NCBI GenBank assembly: GCA_934169925.1
Contig: CAKPOO010000002.1
Coordinates: forward strand, 141,269 to 205,268
Length of the DNA: 64,000 nucleotides
Source of the DNA: an uncultured Clostridia bacterium
Lineage (GTDB): Bacteria; Bacillota; Clostridia; TANB77; CAG-465
Reading direction: 5' to 3'
Position numbers and translations under genes: made by a program. The notes beneath the pieces are model-generated. The model was not told where the DNA came from. It searched no databases and was given only the letters and a program-made list of their open reading frames with translations. Positions 1-10,158 of the stretch are shown here, one piece after another (position 1 is the first letter of the stretch; every line of letters starts with the position of its first letter).

Positions 1-2249
1 TGAAAGACGATATATATTTAAAACTTAATTCAAAAACTAAAGAATTAACAAAAATAGAAGATGAAATAACCGAAGTAGAAAATGAAAAAAGGGTTCTAAA
101 TGATGGTATAATTGCTATTAAAGATGAGGATAGATCTTTAAATCAAGAGTTAATAACTTTAAAATCTAAGTATAACTATTTAGTAAATCTTGAAAAAGAA
201 AATGAAGGATACTTTAAATCTGTAAAAGATGTACTTGAATATTCAAAGGAAAATCCATATGTTTATGGAACTATAGCAAGTTTAATTTCAACTGATGAAA
301 AATATGAATATGCAATAGAAATATCACTTGGTGGGTATATTCAAAATATTGTTGTAGAAACTGAAAAAGAAGCTAAAGAAATGATTGCATATTTAAAGAA
401 TAATTCACTTGGTAGAGCTACTTTTTTACCACTTAACACAATCAAAGAAATTAAATTTGATTTAAGAAATAAAGTTGCTAAATTACCTGGATTTATTGCT
501 ATGGCAAATGAACTTGTTAATTTTGATAGCAAGTATAAAAAAGCAATAAATTTAGCTCTTGGTACAACTGTTATTGTAGATAATATTGATAATGCTGTAG
601 CTATGTCAAAGGCTATGAAAAATTCTATAAAAATAGTTACCTTATCTGGTGAAATGATTGCTACAACAGGTAGTATGACAGGTGGTAAGACTAAAGCTAA
701 ATCTGCAGGGCTAATTGGTAGAAGTGAAAAAATAAATCAGTTACAAAAAGAAGTTGAAAATAAACAAGCACAAGTTGAAAGTTTTTCTAAAAAGGTTGAA
801 GAAAGTAATAAAAAATTAAATGAAATAGATAAAAAGATTACTGGTTTACTTCGTATAAAACAAGATAAAAGTATTGAAGTTGCAACTTTAAAAGAAAAAT
901 ATAGCAATATTCAAAAGGATTTTGAAAGAATTGAAAATTCAAAAGAAAACGCAAAAAAAATAATTGAAGATTTAGAAATTGCAAATAACCAGTTTAAAGA
1001 GCAAATATCAGAATATAATTCTAGAATTGATGAGATTGAAATAGAAAACGCTTCTAAACAAGAAATTGTTGATGAATATGCAAGATTTAATAAAGAAAAG
1101 CAACAAGAAATTGACTTTTTAAATGAAGACGTTGTAAATCTAAAAATTTCACTTTCATCATTTGACGAAAGTGTAGCATCTATTGATGAAATGAAAGAAA
1201 AAATCGAGCAAGATGTTAAAAATTTTGAATTTGGAATTGATAGAAAAGTTGAACAAATCGAATTATTAAAAGAAAATATTAATAATTGTAATAAAGATAT
1301 AGAAAGTCTAAAAGAAAGCATTAAAAAACAACATGAATTTAAAGAGCAACATCAAGTTATTTCTGAGAAGCTAAAGAAAGAAAAAGAAGAGTTAGCAAAA
1401 AATCAAGAAGAAATTGATAAGAAACTTATAGATTCAGTAAAAAAAGTAGAAAGAATAAAAGAAGAAAAAGCAAAAGTTGAATCTAAAAAAGTAAAATTTG
1501 ATGTTGAACTTGAAAATTTAAAAAATAAAATGTGGGATGATTATGAACTTACTGTGTCTAGTGCAAAAAAATTACTTGAAAATATAACATTTGAAGATTT
1601 AGATGAAAAACAAATTTCAAAAAATGCTGAAAAAATCAGAAAAGAAATTAAAGAACTCGGTGAAGTTGATGTTGGTTCAATTGAAGAATATAAAAATACT
1701 AAAGAAAGGTATGACTTTATATCAAATCAAAAAAATGACTTAGAAGAAACTAAACAAAAACTAAATAATTTAATTTCAAATATGACAAGCATAATGAAAA
1801 ATCAATTTTCAAAACAATTTAAAGTAATTGCTAAAAACTTTAATGAAACTTTCCAAGAATTATTTGGTGGTGGTAAAGCAGATCTTACTTTATCTGATGA
1901 GTCTAACATATTAGAAAGTGGAATTGAAATAGAAGTTCAACCACCTGGAAAAAAACTACAAAGTATGATGCTCTTGTCTGGTGGTGAAAAGGCTTTAACT
2001 GCTGTTGCCTTATTGTTTGCAATATTAAAAATTAAGACACCTCCATTTTGTATACTTGATGAAATAGAGGCTGCACTTGATGATGTAAATGTTCATAGAT
2101 ATGCAGAATATATTAAAAATTATTCTAAGGATACACAGTTTATTGTAATTACTCATAGAAAAGGTACTATGGAAGTTGCTTCAAGTGTATATGGTGTTAC
2201 AATGCAAGAATATGGTATTTCTAAAGTTGTTTCAATGAAATTAAAATAG
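1..2249 (+). CDS. smc: Chromosome segregation protein SMC, 5'-truncated by the window edge; reading frame begins at nt 3. Hinge and C-terminal ABC head are present.
   Basis: Hinge-like segment (…ISLGGYIQNIVVETEKEAKEMIAYL…RATFLPLN). Long coiled-coil K/E-rich region. C-terminal ABC signature LSGGEKALTAVALLFAILKIKTPPFCILDEIEAALDD. Confidence 0.9.
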   Translation, partial: KDDIYLKLNSKTKELTKIEDEITEVENEKRVLNDGIIAIKDEDRSLNQELITLKSKYNYLVNLEKENEGYFKSVKDVLEYSKENPYVYGTIASLISTDEKYEYAIEISLGGYIQNIVVETEKEAKEMIAYLKNNSLGRATFLPLNTIKEIKFDLRNKVAKLPGFIAMANELVNFDSKYKKAINLALGTTVIVDNIDNAVAMSKAMKNSIKIVTLSGEMIATTGSMTGGKTKAKSAGLIGRSEKINQLQKEVENKQAQVESFSKKVEESNKKLNEIDKKITGLLRIKQDKSIEVATLKEKYSNIQKDFERIENSKENAKKIIEDLEIANNQFKEQISEYNSRIDEIEIENASKQEIVDEYARFNKEKQQEIDFLNEDVVNLKISLSSFDESVASIDEMKEKIEQDVKNFEFGIDRKVEQIELLKENINNCNKDIESLKESIKKQHEFKEQHQVISEKLKKEKEELAKNQEEIDKKLIDSVKKVERIKEEKAKVESKKVKFDVELENLKNKMWDDYELTVSSAKKLLENITFEDLDEKQISKNAEKIRKEIKELGEVDVGSIEEYKNTKERYDFISNQKNDLEETKQKLNNLISNMTSIMKNQFSKQFKVIAKNFNETFQELFGGGKADLTLSDESNILESGIEIEVQPPGKKLQSMMLLSGGEKALTAVALLFAILKIKTPPFCILDEIEAALDDVNVHRYAEYIKNYSKDTQFIVITHRKGTMEVASSVYGVTMQEYGISKVVSMKLK

Positions 2250-2324
2250 GTTTAAGTTTTAAATGAGCCAAAATGTTTTACAATACGTTTAACATTATGG
2301 TTCATTTTTTGTTAAATTTTACTA

Positions 2325-3545
2325 TTGAAAATAGAACTGATGTTTGATATAATTTTTGTGGTGATGAATTTGAGAGCAATTTTACATTGTGATTTAAATA
2401 ATTTTTTTGCATCTGTAGAGTGTTTAAAAAATCCTAGTTTGAGAAATGTTCCTATGGTAGTAGCAGGAGATCCAAATAAAAGACATGGAATTGTTGTTGC
2501 AAAAAATGAACTTGCTAAAAAATATGGTATATATACTCCTGAAACAGTATATTCTGCATTAAAAAAATGTAAAAATTTAGTAGTTGTTGAGTCAAGTTAT
2601 GAAGATTACAAAAAATATTCAAAAATTGTTAACAATATATATTTAGAATATACAGATAAAGTGGAACCTTTTGGAATAGATGAATCATTTTTAGATATAA
2701 CAGAAAGTCTTTCTTTATTTGGATCTCCAGAGGAAATTGCATATAAAATTAAAGAGGAAGTTAAACAAAAAACAGGTCTTACAATTTCTGTTGGAGTTTC
2801 ATTTAATAAATCTCTTGCAAAACTTGGAAGTGATCTAAAAAAGCCTGATGCAGTCACTGTTTTAAGTTATGATAATTTTAAGGAAAAAATTTATGATTTG
2901 CCTGTAAATTCTCTTTTGTATGTTGGAAAAAATACGTATAATAAACTTCTTGATATGAGAATAAAGACAATTGGAGATCTTGCATGTAGTAATAAAAAAT
3001 ATGTTATTTCAAAACTTGGAAAAACAGGTGAAATTATACATAATTATGCAAATGGTATTGATAATGATGAAGTTTTACCTTATGAAAACAAATATACTCC
3101 AAAAAGTATTAGTCATGGAATAACTTTTAATGAGGACACAGATGATTTGGATTTTGTGCTAAAAATAATTAGAAAGATATCATCAAAAATTAGTACAAAA
3201 TTAAGAGTACAAATGCTTAAATGTAGCGAAGTGAGTTTAAATATAAAATATGAAGATTTTGTTTGTGTTTCTAGACAAAGGAAACTTGATTTAACCGATT
3301 TATATAAAGATATTGTAAATTGTGCACAAAATTTATTTTTGGATAATGTTGATTCTACTAAAAAAGTTCGTGCTATAACAGTTGGAATTTCTGGATTTGA
3401 GGATGAAGATATAAAACAAATTAACTTATTTGATGATATTTGCAAAAAAGATGAAAATAAAAAGTTGGAAGATGTGAATAAGGTTTTAGATGAGATGAAA
3501 AAAATATATGGTGATGATAAGATAAATTTTGCAAGTACACTTTAA
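2325..3545 (+). CDS. dinB: Y-family DNA polymerase IV (DinB). True start may be the ATG at 2364 (MNLRAILHCDL).
   Basis: N-terminal ILHCDLNNFFASVE motif and GDPNKRHGIVVAKN, typical of DinB/UmuC-family polymerases. Confidence 0.8.
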   Translation: MKIELMFDIIFVVMNLRAILHCDLNNFFASVECLKNPSLRNVPMVVAGDPNKRHGIVVAKNELAKKYGIYTPETVYSALKKCKNLVVVESSYEDYKKYSKIVNNIYLEYTDKVEPFGIDESFLDITESLSLFGSPEEIAYKIKEEVKQKTGLTISVGVSFNKSLAKLGSDLKKPDAVTVLSYDNFKEKIYDLPVNSLLYVGKNTYNKLLDMRIKTIGDLACSNKKYVISKLGKTGEIIHNYANGIDNDEVLPYENKYTPKSISHGITFNEDTDDLDFVLKIIRKISSKISTKLRVQMLKCSEVSLNIKYEDFVCVSRQRKLDLTDLYKDIVNCAQNLFLDNVDSTKKVRAITVGISGFEDEDIKQINLFDDICKKDENKKLEDVNKVLDEMKKIYGDDKINFASTL

Positions 3546-3615
3546 ATAATTAGAATTGTATGTTATAATACAATCTGTTGGAAAATTTATTATATTGACA
3601 ATTGGAGGTATAAAA

Positions 3616-4005
3616 ATGAAATCAGAATATGATTTAAAGGATTTGTTTATTTTCTACGGAGAAGTCGCAGAAGATGGAGAAACATCACCAAGTATCGTTT
3701 TAAAGACTGCTGAGCAAAGATTTGTTGGTGAACGTTTAAAAGGTAGCAAGAACAAGATGTTTAAGGAAAAAATCAAGTATGTTGATGTGATTTATCCTAA
3801 CATTGCTTTTGAGAAAATAAAGGAAAATCCTTTGAGTGAGTATATTAATCAGGAGGGAATAGATTTCTTAGTTGAAAATGGAAAGCTTACAAAAAGCAGA
3901 TTGCGTATTGTAAGTTTGATATTAAATGCATCTCTTGATGATAAAAATATGCTGCTTGAAGGTCTTAAAGCCTACAACAGAGGTAAGAATATAGTTTTTA
4001 CATAA
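3616..4005 (+). CDS. Hypothetical small cytoplasmic protein of about 129 aa, locally higher in GC than its surroundings.
   Basis: GGAGG RBS (3603-3607) 8 nt upstream of the ATG at 3616. Open frame to 4005. No recognisable motif. Confidence 0.45.
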   Translation: MKSEYDLKDLFIFYGEVAEDGETSPSIVLKTAEQRFVGERLKGSKNKMFKEKIKYVDVIYPNIAFEKIKENPLSEYINQEGIDFLVENGKLTKSRLRIVSLILNASLDDKNMLLEGLKAYNRGKNIVFT

Positions 4006-4021
4006 TTAAATAAAGACTATC

Positions 4022-4060
4022 AAAAAAAGGCAAATAGCAAAGTGCTATTTGTCTTTTTTG
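4022..4060. terminator. Bidirectional rho-independent terminator between the convergent 3616-4005 gene and porB.
   Basis: A7 run, then stem ggcaaatagca / tgctatttgtc with loop aag, then a T6 run. Confidence 0.6.
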
Positions 4061-4066
4061 TATTAA

Positions 4067-5029
4067 TTATTGTATATCTTCGTTATTAGTTATTTTTTCC
4101 ATCATTAATAAATAATTCCATTTTTTATCGATTTCTTTTTGTAATTCATCAATATAATGTTTATTTTCTTCTTTAAATAAATGTTTGAATCTTTTTTGTG
4201 TTTTCAAGAATTCTTCAACTGGTAATTTTTTTGCAGGTTTGTAGTTTACGTGATAAACACCATTTTCAATTTCATATACAGGCCAAAAGCAAGTATCTAT
4301 TGCCAATTTTTCAATTTTTGCTAAATCTTCTGTAGGATATCCCCATCCCCTTGGACAAGGAGAAAATACAGCAAGAAATGTAGGACCTTCTGTATATATA
4401 GCTTTTTGTGCTTTTTCATATAAATCTTTTTGATTACCAAAAAGTGCACTTTGTGCAACATAAGGAATATTATGTTTTACCATTATTTCTGTTAAATCTT
4501 TTCTTGGTTGAGATTTACCAACAGATGAGGTACCACTTGGAGTAGTTGTAGTGTCTGAAAAATGTGGAGTTGAAGAAGAACGTTGAGTACCAGTGTTCAT
4601 ATATGCTCCATTATCATAACAAATATATGTTATATCATGATTTCTTTCCATAGCACCAGACAAACTTTGAAATCCAATATCTAAAGTTCCACCATCGCCA
4701 CCAAAAGCTAAGAATTTAGTTGCTTTATCTTTTGATAACTTTCCATCTCTTTTTAATTTGTTATATGTTTTTTCAACACCAGAAAGAGTAGCACTTGCAC
4801 ATTCAAATGCAGTGTGAATAAAAGAAATATTATTCCATGAAGTATAAGGATACAAAAAACTTGATACTTCTAAACAACCTGTTGCACAAGAAACAACAGC
4901 ATTATCCTCAGGTTTTAAAGCACGAAGAATTTGTCTTACTGCAGGAGGTGCACCACAGCCAGCACACATTCTATGTCCAGAAGAAAATCTAGACTCTTTT
5001 TTTAGAACTTCTTTTAAATTATATGCCAT
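4067..5029 (-). CDS. porB: 2-oxoacid:ferredoxin oxidoreductase beta subunit (TPP-binding). Substrate (pyruvate, 2-ketoisovalerate or 2-oxoglutarate) cannot be decided from sequence.
   Basis: GCGAPPAV, GGDGG..DIG and YICYDNGAYMNTG TPP-binding motifs. Last gene of a gamma-delta-alpha-beta operon on the minus strand. Confidence 0.75.
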   Translation of the reverse strand: MAYNLKEVLKKESRFSSGHRMCAGCGAPPAVRQILRALKPEDNAVVSCATGCLEVSSFLYPYTSWNNISFIHTAFECASATLSGVEKTYNKLKRDGKLSKDKATKFLAFGGDGGTLDIGFQSLSGAMERNHDITYICYDNGAYMNTGTQRSSSTPHFSDTTTTPSGTSSVGKSQPRKDLTEIMVKHNIPYVAQSALFGNQKDLYEKAQKAIYTEGPTFLAVFSPCPRGWGYPTEDLAKIEKLAIDTCFWPVYEIENGVYHVNYKPAKKLPVEEFLKTQKRFKHLFKEENKHYIDELQKEIDKKWNYLLMMEKITNNEDIQ

Positions 5030-6210
5030 TATTCTTTAACCTCCTTTAAACCTAAAAATTTTTGTACTGTATCTATTTTTTTACCATTTTTTATATCTAT
5101 AAGTTCATTAAATACAGAATTTATATCATCTGTTGTTACATCTTTACCACCAAGTCCATAAACATAATTTATTGTTGGAACGTTTAAAGAAGAAGTATAC
5201 ATACAAGATGTAATTTCTGAAAATAGTGGTCCAGAGTAACCATTAATACTATCACATTTATCCATAATTGCTAAAGCTTTTAAATTTTTTAAACTATTTG
5301 CAATTTCAGTAAAGGCAAGAGGTCTAAAACATCTAGGTTTTAAAAGCCCTGCTTTTATATTATTTTTTCTTAAATTATCAATTGTATCTTTTATAGTGCC
5401 AGCTGTTGAATTAAGAGCAATAATTCCAATTTCTGCATCATCTAACATATATTTTTCAAACATATCATACTTTCTACCAGTAAGTTTGAAAAATTCATCA
5501 GACACTTCTTTTATAATTTTTACAGAATCTTTCATAGCTTGAGCAAGTTCATATCTATGCATAAAATAATCTTCTTGCATATCTAAAGGTCCAATTGCTA
5601 TATTTCTTTTTTCATCAAGTAAATATTCGCTTGGTTTGTATTCACCAATAAATTCCTTTACTTTTTCATCTTCTAATAATTCAATATTTTCAACTGAGTG
5701 TGAAGTTATAAAACCATCATAACATACCATAACCGGAATTTTTGCTTGTTCAGTAATTTTTACTGCCATTATAGTATTATCATAAGCTTCTTGGTTATTT
5801 TCACAATATAGTTGTATAAATCCAGCATCTCTTACGCCCATAGAGTCTGAATGATCGTTATGAATGTTTAAAGGTGCAGATAAAGCTCTATTTGCACATA
5901 TTAAAGTCATAGGTAATCTAAGACCTGATGCTATGTATAGCATTTCAAACATATATGCAAGACCTTGAGATGATGTTGCACTCATAACTCTACCACCAGC
6001 TGCACTAGCACCAATAGTTGCAGCCATTGCACTGTGTTCACTTTCTACAGGAATGAATTCTGTAGTTACTTTTGAATTTGCTACAAAATTTGAAAAATAT
6101 TGAGGTATTTCTGTAGATGGTGTAATAGGGTAGGCAGCAACGGTATCTGGGTTTATTTGCCTCATAGCAGTAGCAACTGCTTCATTTCCACTTAATCTTT
6201 CTTTAATCAA
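5029..6210 (-). CDS. porA: 2-oxoacid:ferredoxin oxidoreductase alpha subunit.
   Basis: 393-aa POR/KOR alpha-like protein (…SEHSAMAATIGASAAGGR…ATSSQGLAYM…). ATGA start/stop overlap with the beta subunit gene. Confidence 0.75.
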   Translation of the reverse strand: MIKERLSGNEAVATAMRQINPDTVAAYPITPSTEIPQYFSNFVANSKVTTEFIPVESEHSAMAATIGASAAGGRVMSATSSQGLAYMFEMLYIASGLRLPMTLICANRALSAPLNIHNDHSDSMGVRDAGFIQLYCENNQEAYDNTIMAVKITEQAKIPVMVCYDGFITSHSVENIELLEDEKVKEFIGEYKPSEYLLDEKRNIAIGPLDMQEDYFMHRYELAQAMKDSVKIIKEVSDEFFKLTGRKYDMFEKYMLDDAEIGIIALNSTAGTIKDTIDNLRKNNIKAGLLKPRCFRPLAFTEIANSLKNLKALAIMDKCDSINGYSGPLFSEITSCMYTSSLNVPTINYVYGLGGKDVTTDDINSVFNELIDIKNGKKIDTVQKFLGLKEVKE

Positions 6211-6212
6211 AA

Positions 6213-6488
6213 TTATACCTCCTTAGAATCTTTCATTTCAATTGCTTTAAAAGGACAAACTTGTGCACAAATTCCACATCCTTTGCAATAGTCAAGATCG
6301 ATTTTATCTAGTTTATCATCTTTAACTAATATGCAACCCTCAGGACAATAAGGTACACAAAGTAAGCAATTTTTACATTTTTCGTTTAGGTGAATTGGAG
6401 TTTTATTTCTCCAAGAACCTGTTTTTATATTTATAGAGTTTCCACTAGTAAGAATTGTAGAACCTCTTCCTTTTATATTATTATCCAA
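6213..6488 (-). CDS. porD: 2-oxoacid:ferredoxin oxidoreductase delta subunit (2x[4Fe-4S] ferredoxin).
   Basis: Two cysteine clusters: CKNCLLCVPYCP and CKGCGICAQVCP. Confidence 0.75.
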   Translation of the reverse strand: MDNNIKGRGSTILTSGNSINIKTGSWRNKTPIHLNEKCKNCLLCVPYCPEGCILVKDDKLDKIDLDYCKGCGICAQVCPFKAIEMKDSKEV

Positions 6489-6491
6489 TTT

Positions 6492-7061
6492 TTACCCTCC
6501 TATTAATTCATCATAAGCTCTTATTAAAGCATCCATGTTTGGTTTTATAACCTCAGGTTTTCTTGCAAATTTATGTTTAAAGGATTCTTCCATGTTATTA
6601 AGAAGTTCATCTTTTGTCATAATATTTGAAATTTTAACTACAGCTGAAAGTAAAGCTGTGTTTGGAAAATTTGCACCAAGACATTCTTTACTAATTTTGC
6701 TTGCATCTAGTACATATATTTTTCCTTCAAAATTATTTAACATTTTTCTTATTTTTTCTATGTCTTTTGTAGTATTAACAAGTATAGTGCCATCTTTTCC
6801 TACACCTTTTGTAACATCAACACTTCCTATTAAACTATCATCAACTATAACAACAATGTTAGGGTTATATATATTTGAGTGTATTCTTATTGGAGTATCA
6901 CTAATTCTGTTATATGCAGTAATAGGAGCTCCCATCCTTTCAGGTCCATATTCTGGAAATCCTTGAATATATTTTCCTGTATTAAAAGCAGCGTCAGCAA
7001 GTAACAGTGATGCTGTTTTTGCACCTTGACCACCACGTGCATGCCATCTTATTTCTATCAT
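6492..7061 (-). CDS. porG: 2-oxoacid:ferredoxin oxidoreductase gamma subunit.
   Basis: 189 aa, begins MIEIRWHARGGQGAKTAS (a typical gamma subunit start). First gene of the minus-strand operon. Confidence 0.7.
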   Translation of the reverse strand: MIEIRWHARGGQGAKTASLLLADAAFNTGKYIQGFPEYGPERMGAPITAYNRISDTPIRIHSNIYNPNIVVIVDDSLIGSVDVTKGVGKDGTILVNTTKDIEKIRKMLNNFEGKIYVLDASKISKECLGANFPNTALLSAVVKISNIMTKDELLNNMEESFKHKFARKPEVIKPNMDALIRAYDELIGG

Positions 7062-7209
7062 AAATATACCTCCATAAAATTACTTATTAATTATATCAAA
7101 AAAATATGATTAAAACAATATTTTATATAAATTTAAAATACATAAATTTGACAAAATTAGAACTAAATATGATATATCAAACATTAAATTTTGATGTTAA
7201 AATATTAGC

Positions 7210-9465
7210 ATGGATTTAAAAAAATTATTTGCAAATATAAAAAATAAATGTATAAGTAAATTTATTAAAATAAGTTATAAAAAAAGAATAGTGTTTATAG
7301 CTATAATTTTTCTTCTTATAATGTCAATAATAAAAAGTGTTTATATATTTGAATTTAAATACCCCAAAAAAGAATATGAAAAATATATGAATTTTAATTG
7401 TATTGTAGAAGAAATTGAAAAAATAAAGGATGATAAAATAACCTATAAAGTAAAATATAATAACAATAATTTTTATCTTACAATTTCTTTAAATGAGGTA
7501 AAAAATGAAAGTAATATAGATATTTGTAATTTAAAATATAAAGATAATATTGTTTTGTATGGGAAAATTTTATTTTCTGAAAAATTAAATAATCCGTATG
7601 AATTTGATTATAAAAGATATTTAAATTCAAAAAATATCGTTGGAACTATATATGCTAAAAAAATTAAAAATGTTTATATTTATAAAAAATTTGATTTTAA
7701 AAAAGTTATATATGATTTTAAAGAATCTTTGTACGAATTTTTAGATGAAAATATGGATGAAAAAGAAAGTGATTTATATAAAGCTTTGATTTTTTCAGAT
7801 AAATTAGAAATAGATGAAAATACAAAATCACTTTTTGATGATAATGGTATATCTTTTATGATGGCTGTATCTGGAATGCATATTATGTGTTTATTAATAG
7901 TACTTGAAAATTTTTTAAGAAAAATGAAAAATAAAGATAAAATAAAAATTGAAGTATTAATTTTAGCAATATATGTAATTCTTACAAAAAATGCAGTATC
8001 TGCAATAAGAGCTTGCATTATGGCAGTTGTTTCAAAGGTATCTTTAAAAAAGAGTAACTTACTTAGTAAATTTAAATCTTTGATTTTTGCAATTTTATTT
8101 ATAATAATTTTAAATCCATATTCTATATTTAATGCATCTTTTATAATGTCTGTTTTTTCAACACTTGGAATTATTGTTTTAAATAGTTATATATATAGTT
8201 TCTTTGATAGAAAAAAGTTGAAAAATGATTTTTATCTATATATTAAAAAAAATATTTCCATGTCTATTTCAATTTTTATTTTTATATTTCCAATTCAAGT
8301 AAATTATTTTGGATATTTTAATTTTAAATCTTTTTTATCTACAATTGTAACTTCCAATGTTTTTATTTATGAATATATAATTGGAATTTTGCTTATATTT
8401 TTTAAATTTGTACCAGTTATAAATTATATTGTAATAAATGCAAATTTAGTTACTTTAAAAATAATATTAAAATTATTAACGATTATAAAATGTATAAAAT
8501 TACCAGATTTTTATTTACCAAAGTTTAATATGTTTTGTATAGTTATATATTATTTTGCAATTTTTTTAGCAATTTATGGTAAATATATCTATAAATTTTT
8601 TAAAGTTAAATATTTTAAAACTATAAGAAAAATTTTAAAGACGACGTTAATTAGTTGCTTTATTTTTTTAATTTTAAATGTTATATATGTAAAATATATC
8701 GAAAATTACTTTGTATTTTTTAATGTAAAACAAGGAAATATGTGTTTTATTAGATATGATAGAAAAAATATATTGATAGATTGTGGATCAACTACAAAAA
8801 ATTTAAGTTATAATGTAATTGATAATTTTTTAACTTCAAAAGCTATAAAAAATATTGATTATGTTTTCCTTACTCATTTTCATACAGATCATATAAATGG
8901 AATATATGATGTTATAAAAAATTATAAAATAGAAAATATTTTTACTACTGGTGTGTATGAAAAAACAGAGGATTATTACAAACTTGAACAAATATGTAAC
9001 GAATATAATATCTTAAAAAGAGAATTGTTTTTTGGTGATGAGTTAGAATTTAAAAATTTTAAAACCTATGTATTAAGTCCATTTAAAAATGAAAGGATAA
9101 AGGATGAGGATGTAGAAAACGCTAATTGTTTAGTATTACTTTTAAGTATAAAAGATAAAAATTATTTATTTATGGGAGATGCCACAAAAAATACTGAAGA
9201 AAAAGTTATAAAAAATGTAAATAAAAATTTGGATATATTAAAAAAATTAGAAAATATTAGAGTTTTACAAGTTGGTCATCATGGTTCAAAAACATCTTCT
9301 AGTAAAGAGTTTATTTTTTGTATAAATTTTAGAGTTGCTTTTATTTCTAGTCTTAAAAGTGTTTATGGTCATCCGTCAAATGAAACTATTGATACTTTGA
9401 AAAAGAATAATATAATAAAAATTCATATTACGGAAAAAAATGGCGCATATATTGAAAAAATATAA
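7210..9465 (+). CDS. comEC: DNA internalisation competence protein ComEC/Rec2: polytopic membrane region plus C-terminal metallo-beta-lactamase domain.
   Basis: Many TM segments. YVFLTHFHTDHINGI and QVGHHGSKTSS beta-lactamase-fold motifs. A TTGACA -35 sits 17 nt upstream of a GATATA -10-like hexamer at 7128-7160. Confidence 0.8.
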   Translation: MDLKKLFANIKNKCISKFIKISYKKRIVFIAIIFLLIMSIIKSVYIFEFKYPKKEYEKYMNFNCIVEEIEKIKDDKITYKVKYNNNNFYLTISLNEVKNESNIDICNLKYKDNIVLYGKILFSEKLNNPYEFDYKRYLNSKNIVGTIYAKKIKNVYIYKKFDFKKVIYDFKESLYEFLDENMDEKESDLYKALIFSDKLEIDENTKSLFDDNGISFMMAVSGMHIMCLLIVLENFLRKMKNKDKIKIEVLILAIYVILTKNAVSAIRACIMAVVSKVSLKKSNLLSKFKSLIFAILFIIILNPYSIFNASFIMSVFSTLGIIVLNSYIYSFFDRKKLKNDFYLYIKKNISMSISIFIFIFPIQVNYFGYFNFKSFLSTIVTSNVFIYEYIIGILLIFFKFVPVINYIVINANLVTLKIILKLLTIIKCIKLPDFYLPKFNMFCIVIYYFAIFLAIYGKYIYKFFKVKYFKTIRKILKTTLISCFIFLILNVIYVKYIENYFVFFNVKQGNMCFIRYDRKNILIDCGSTTKNLSYNVIDNFLTSKAIKNIDYVFLTHFHTDHINGIYDVIKNYKIENIFTTGVYEKTEDYYKLEQICNEYNILKRELFFGDELEFKNFKTYVLSPFKNERIKDEDVENANCLVLLLSIKDKNYLFMGDATKNTEEKVIKNVNKNLDILKKLENIRVLQVGHHGSKTSSSKEFIFCINFRVAFISSLKSVYGHPSNETIDTLKKNNIIKIHITEKNGAYIEKI

Positions 9466-9526
9466 AAATAAAAATTTTATGTGTATATAATTTGTAATTA
9501 TTGGAAAAATAAAATTAGGTGAAATT

Positions 9527-10123
9527 ATGAATAAATTTAAATATAGAATTTTTGTTTTTGTTATTACAGTTTGTCTTATGGGAATTGGAATTGTCCTTGG
9601 ATATAAAATAGAAATAAATAAAATAAGAGAAAATAAAAGTAGTGAAAATATAGAAGAAGTAAAAAGTGTGGATGTAGTTAAAAATATTGAAAATAGTGAT
9701 ACGTCTAGTAGTAAAAAGTATAATATAGAAGTTGTGTATGTTGATCATTTTACAATTTGTGATGAGGAAGTTGAAGTAAGTGATGAAACTTATCAAAATA
9801 CAACGCTTGATGAAGTGATAAAAAAGGAAACTGAAAAACAGAAAGAAAAAAATATAAAATATGATATTATTGCAAGTGGCAATGAAAGTTTAACATATTA
9901 TAGAAATGTTGATAAATATTGTGATAATCATTATAAAGTGATAATTGAAGATAATAAAATAAATGTGTATAAATTAGTAACAGATAAAGAAAATAAGCTA
10001 TATAAAACTTTAGATGTTAGTGTAAATTTAATTAGGGAAGATATAAAAGAGCAATTAAATAGTGGAATTATTGTAAATAAATCTGAAGATCTTGGGTTAT
10101 TACTAGATGATTTAGAAAGTTAA
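9527..10123 (+). CDS. Hypothetical N-terminally membrane-anchored protein, 198 aa.
   Basis: AGGTGA RBS. One N-terminal TM helix (IFVFVITVCLMGIGIVLGY), then an acidic soluble domain. Confidence 0.4.
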   Translation: MNKFKYRIFVFVITVCLMGIGIVLGYKIEINKIRENKSSENIEEVKSVDVVKNIENSDTSSSKKYNIEVVYVDHFTICDEEVEVSDETYQNTTLDEVIKKETEKQKEKNIKYDIIASGNESLTYYRNVDKYCDNHYKVIIEDNKINVYKLVTDKENKLYKTLDVSVNLIREDIKEQLNSGIIVNKSEDLGLLLDDLES

Positions 10124-10128
10124 TAAAT

Positions 10129-10158
10129 AAAGGCTAAGTTTTTTACTTAGCCTTTATT
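10129..10158. terminator. Bidirectional terminator between the convergent 9527-10123 gene and clpE.
   Basis: Perfect 10-bp stem aaaggctaag / cttagccttt with a U-rich loop and flanking T/A runs. Confidence 0.6.

Noticed and set aside
911-1321. 136-aa minus-strand ORF
   Set aside because: Antisense to the smc coiled-coil region. Ser/Phe/Ile-rich translation typical of the reverse strand of K/E-rich coding sequence.
6535-6966. 143-aa ORF on the + strand
   Set aside because: Lies entirely antisense within the well-supported porG gene. The low-complexity product has no RBS. Typical AT-rich antisense artefact.
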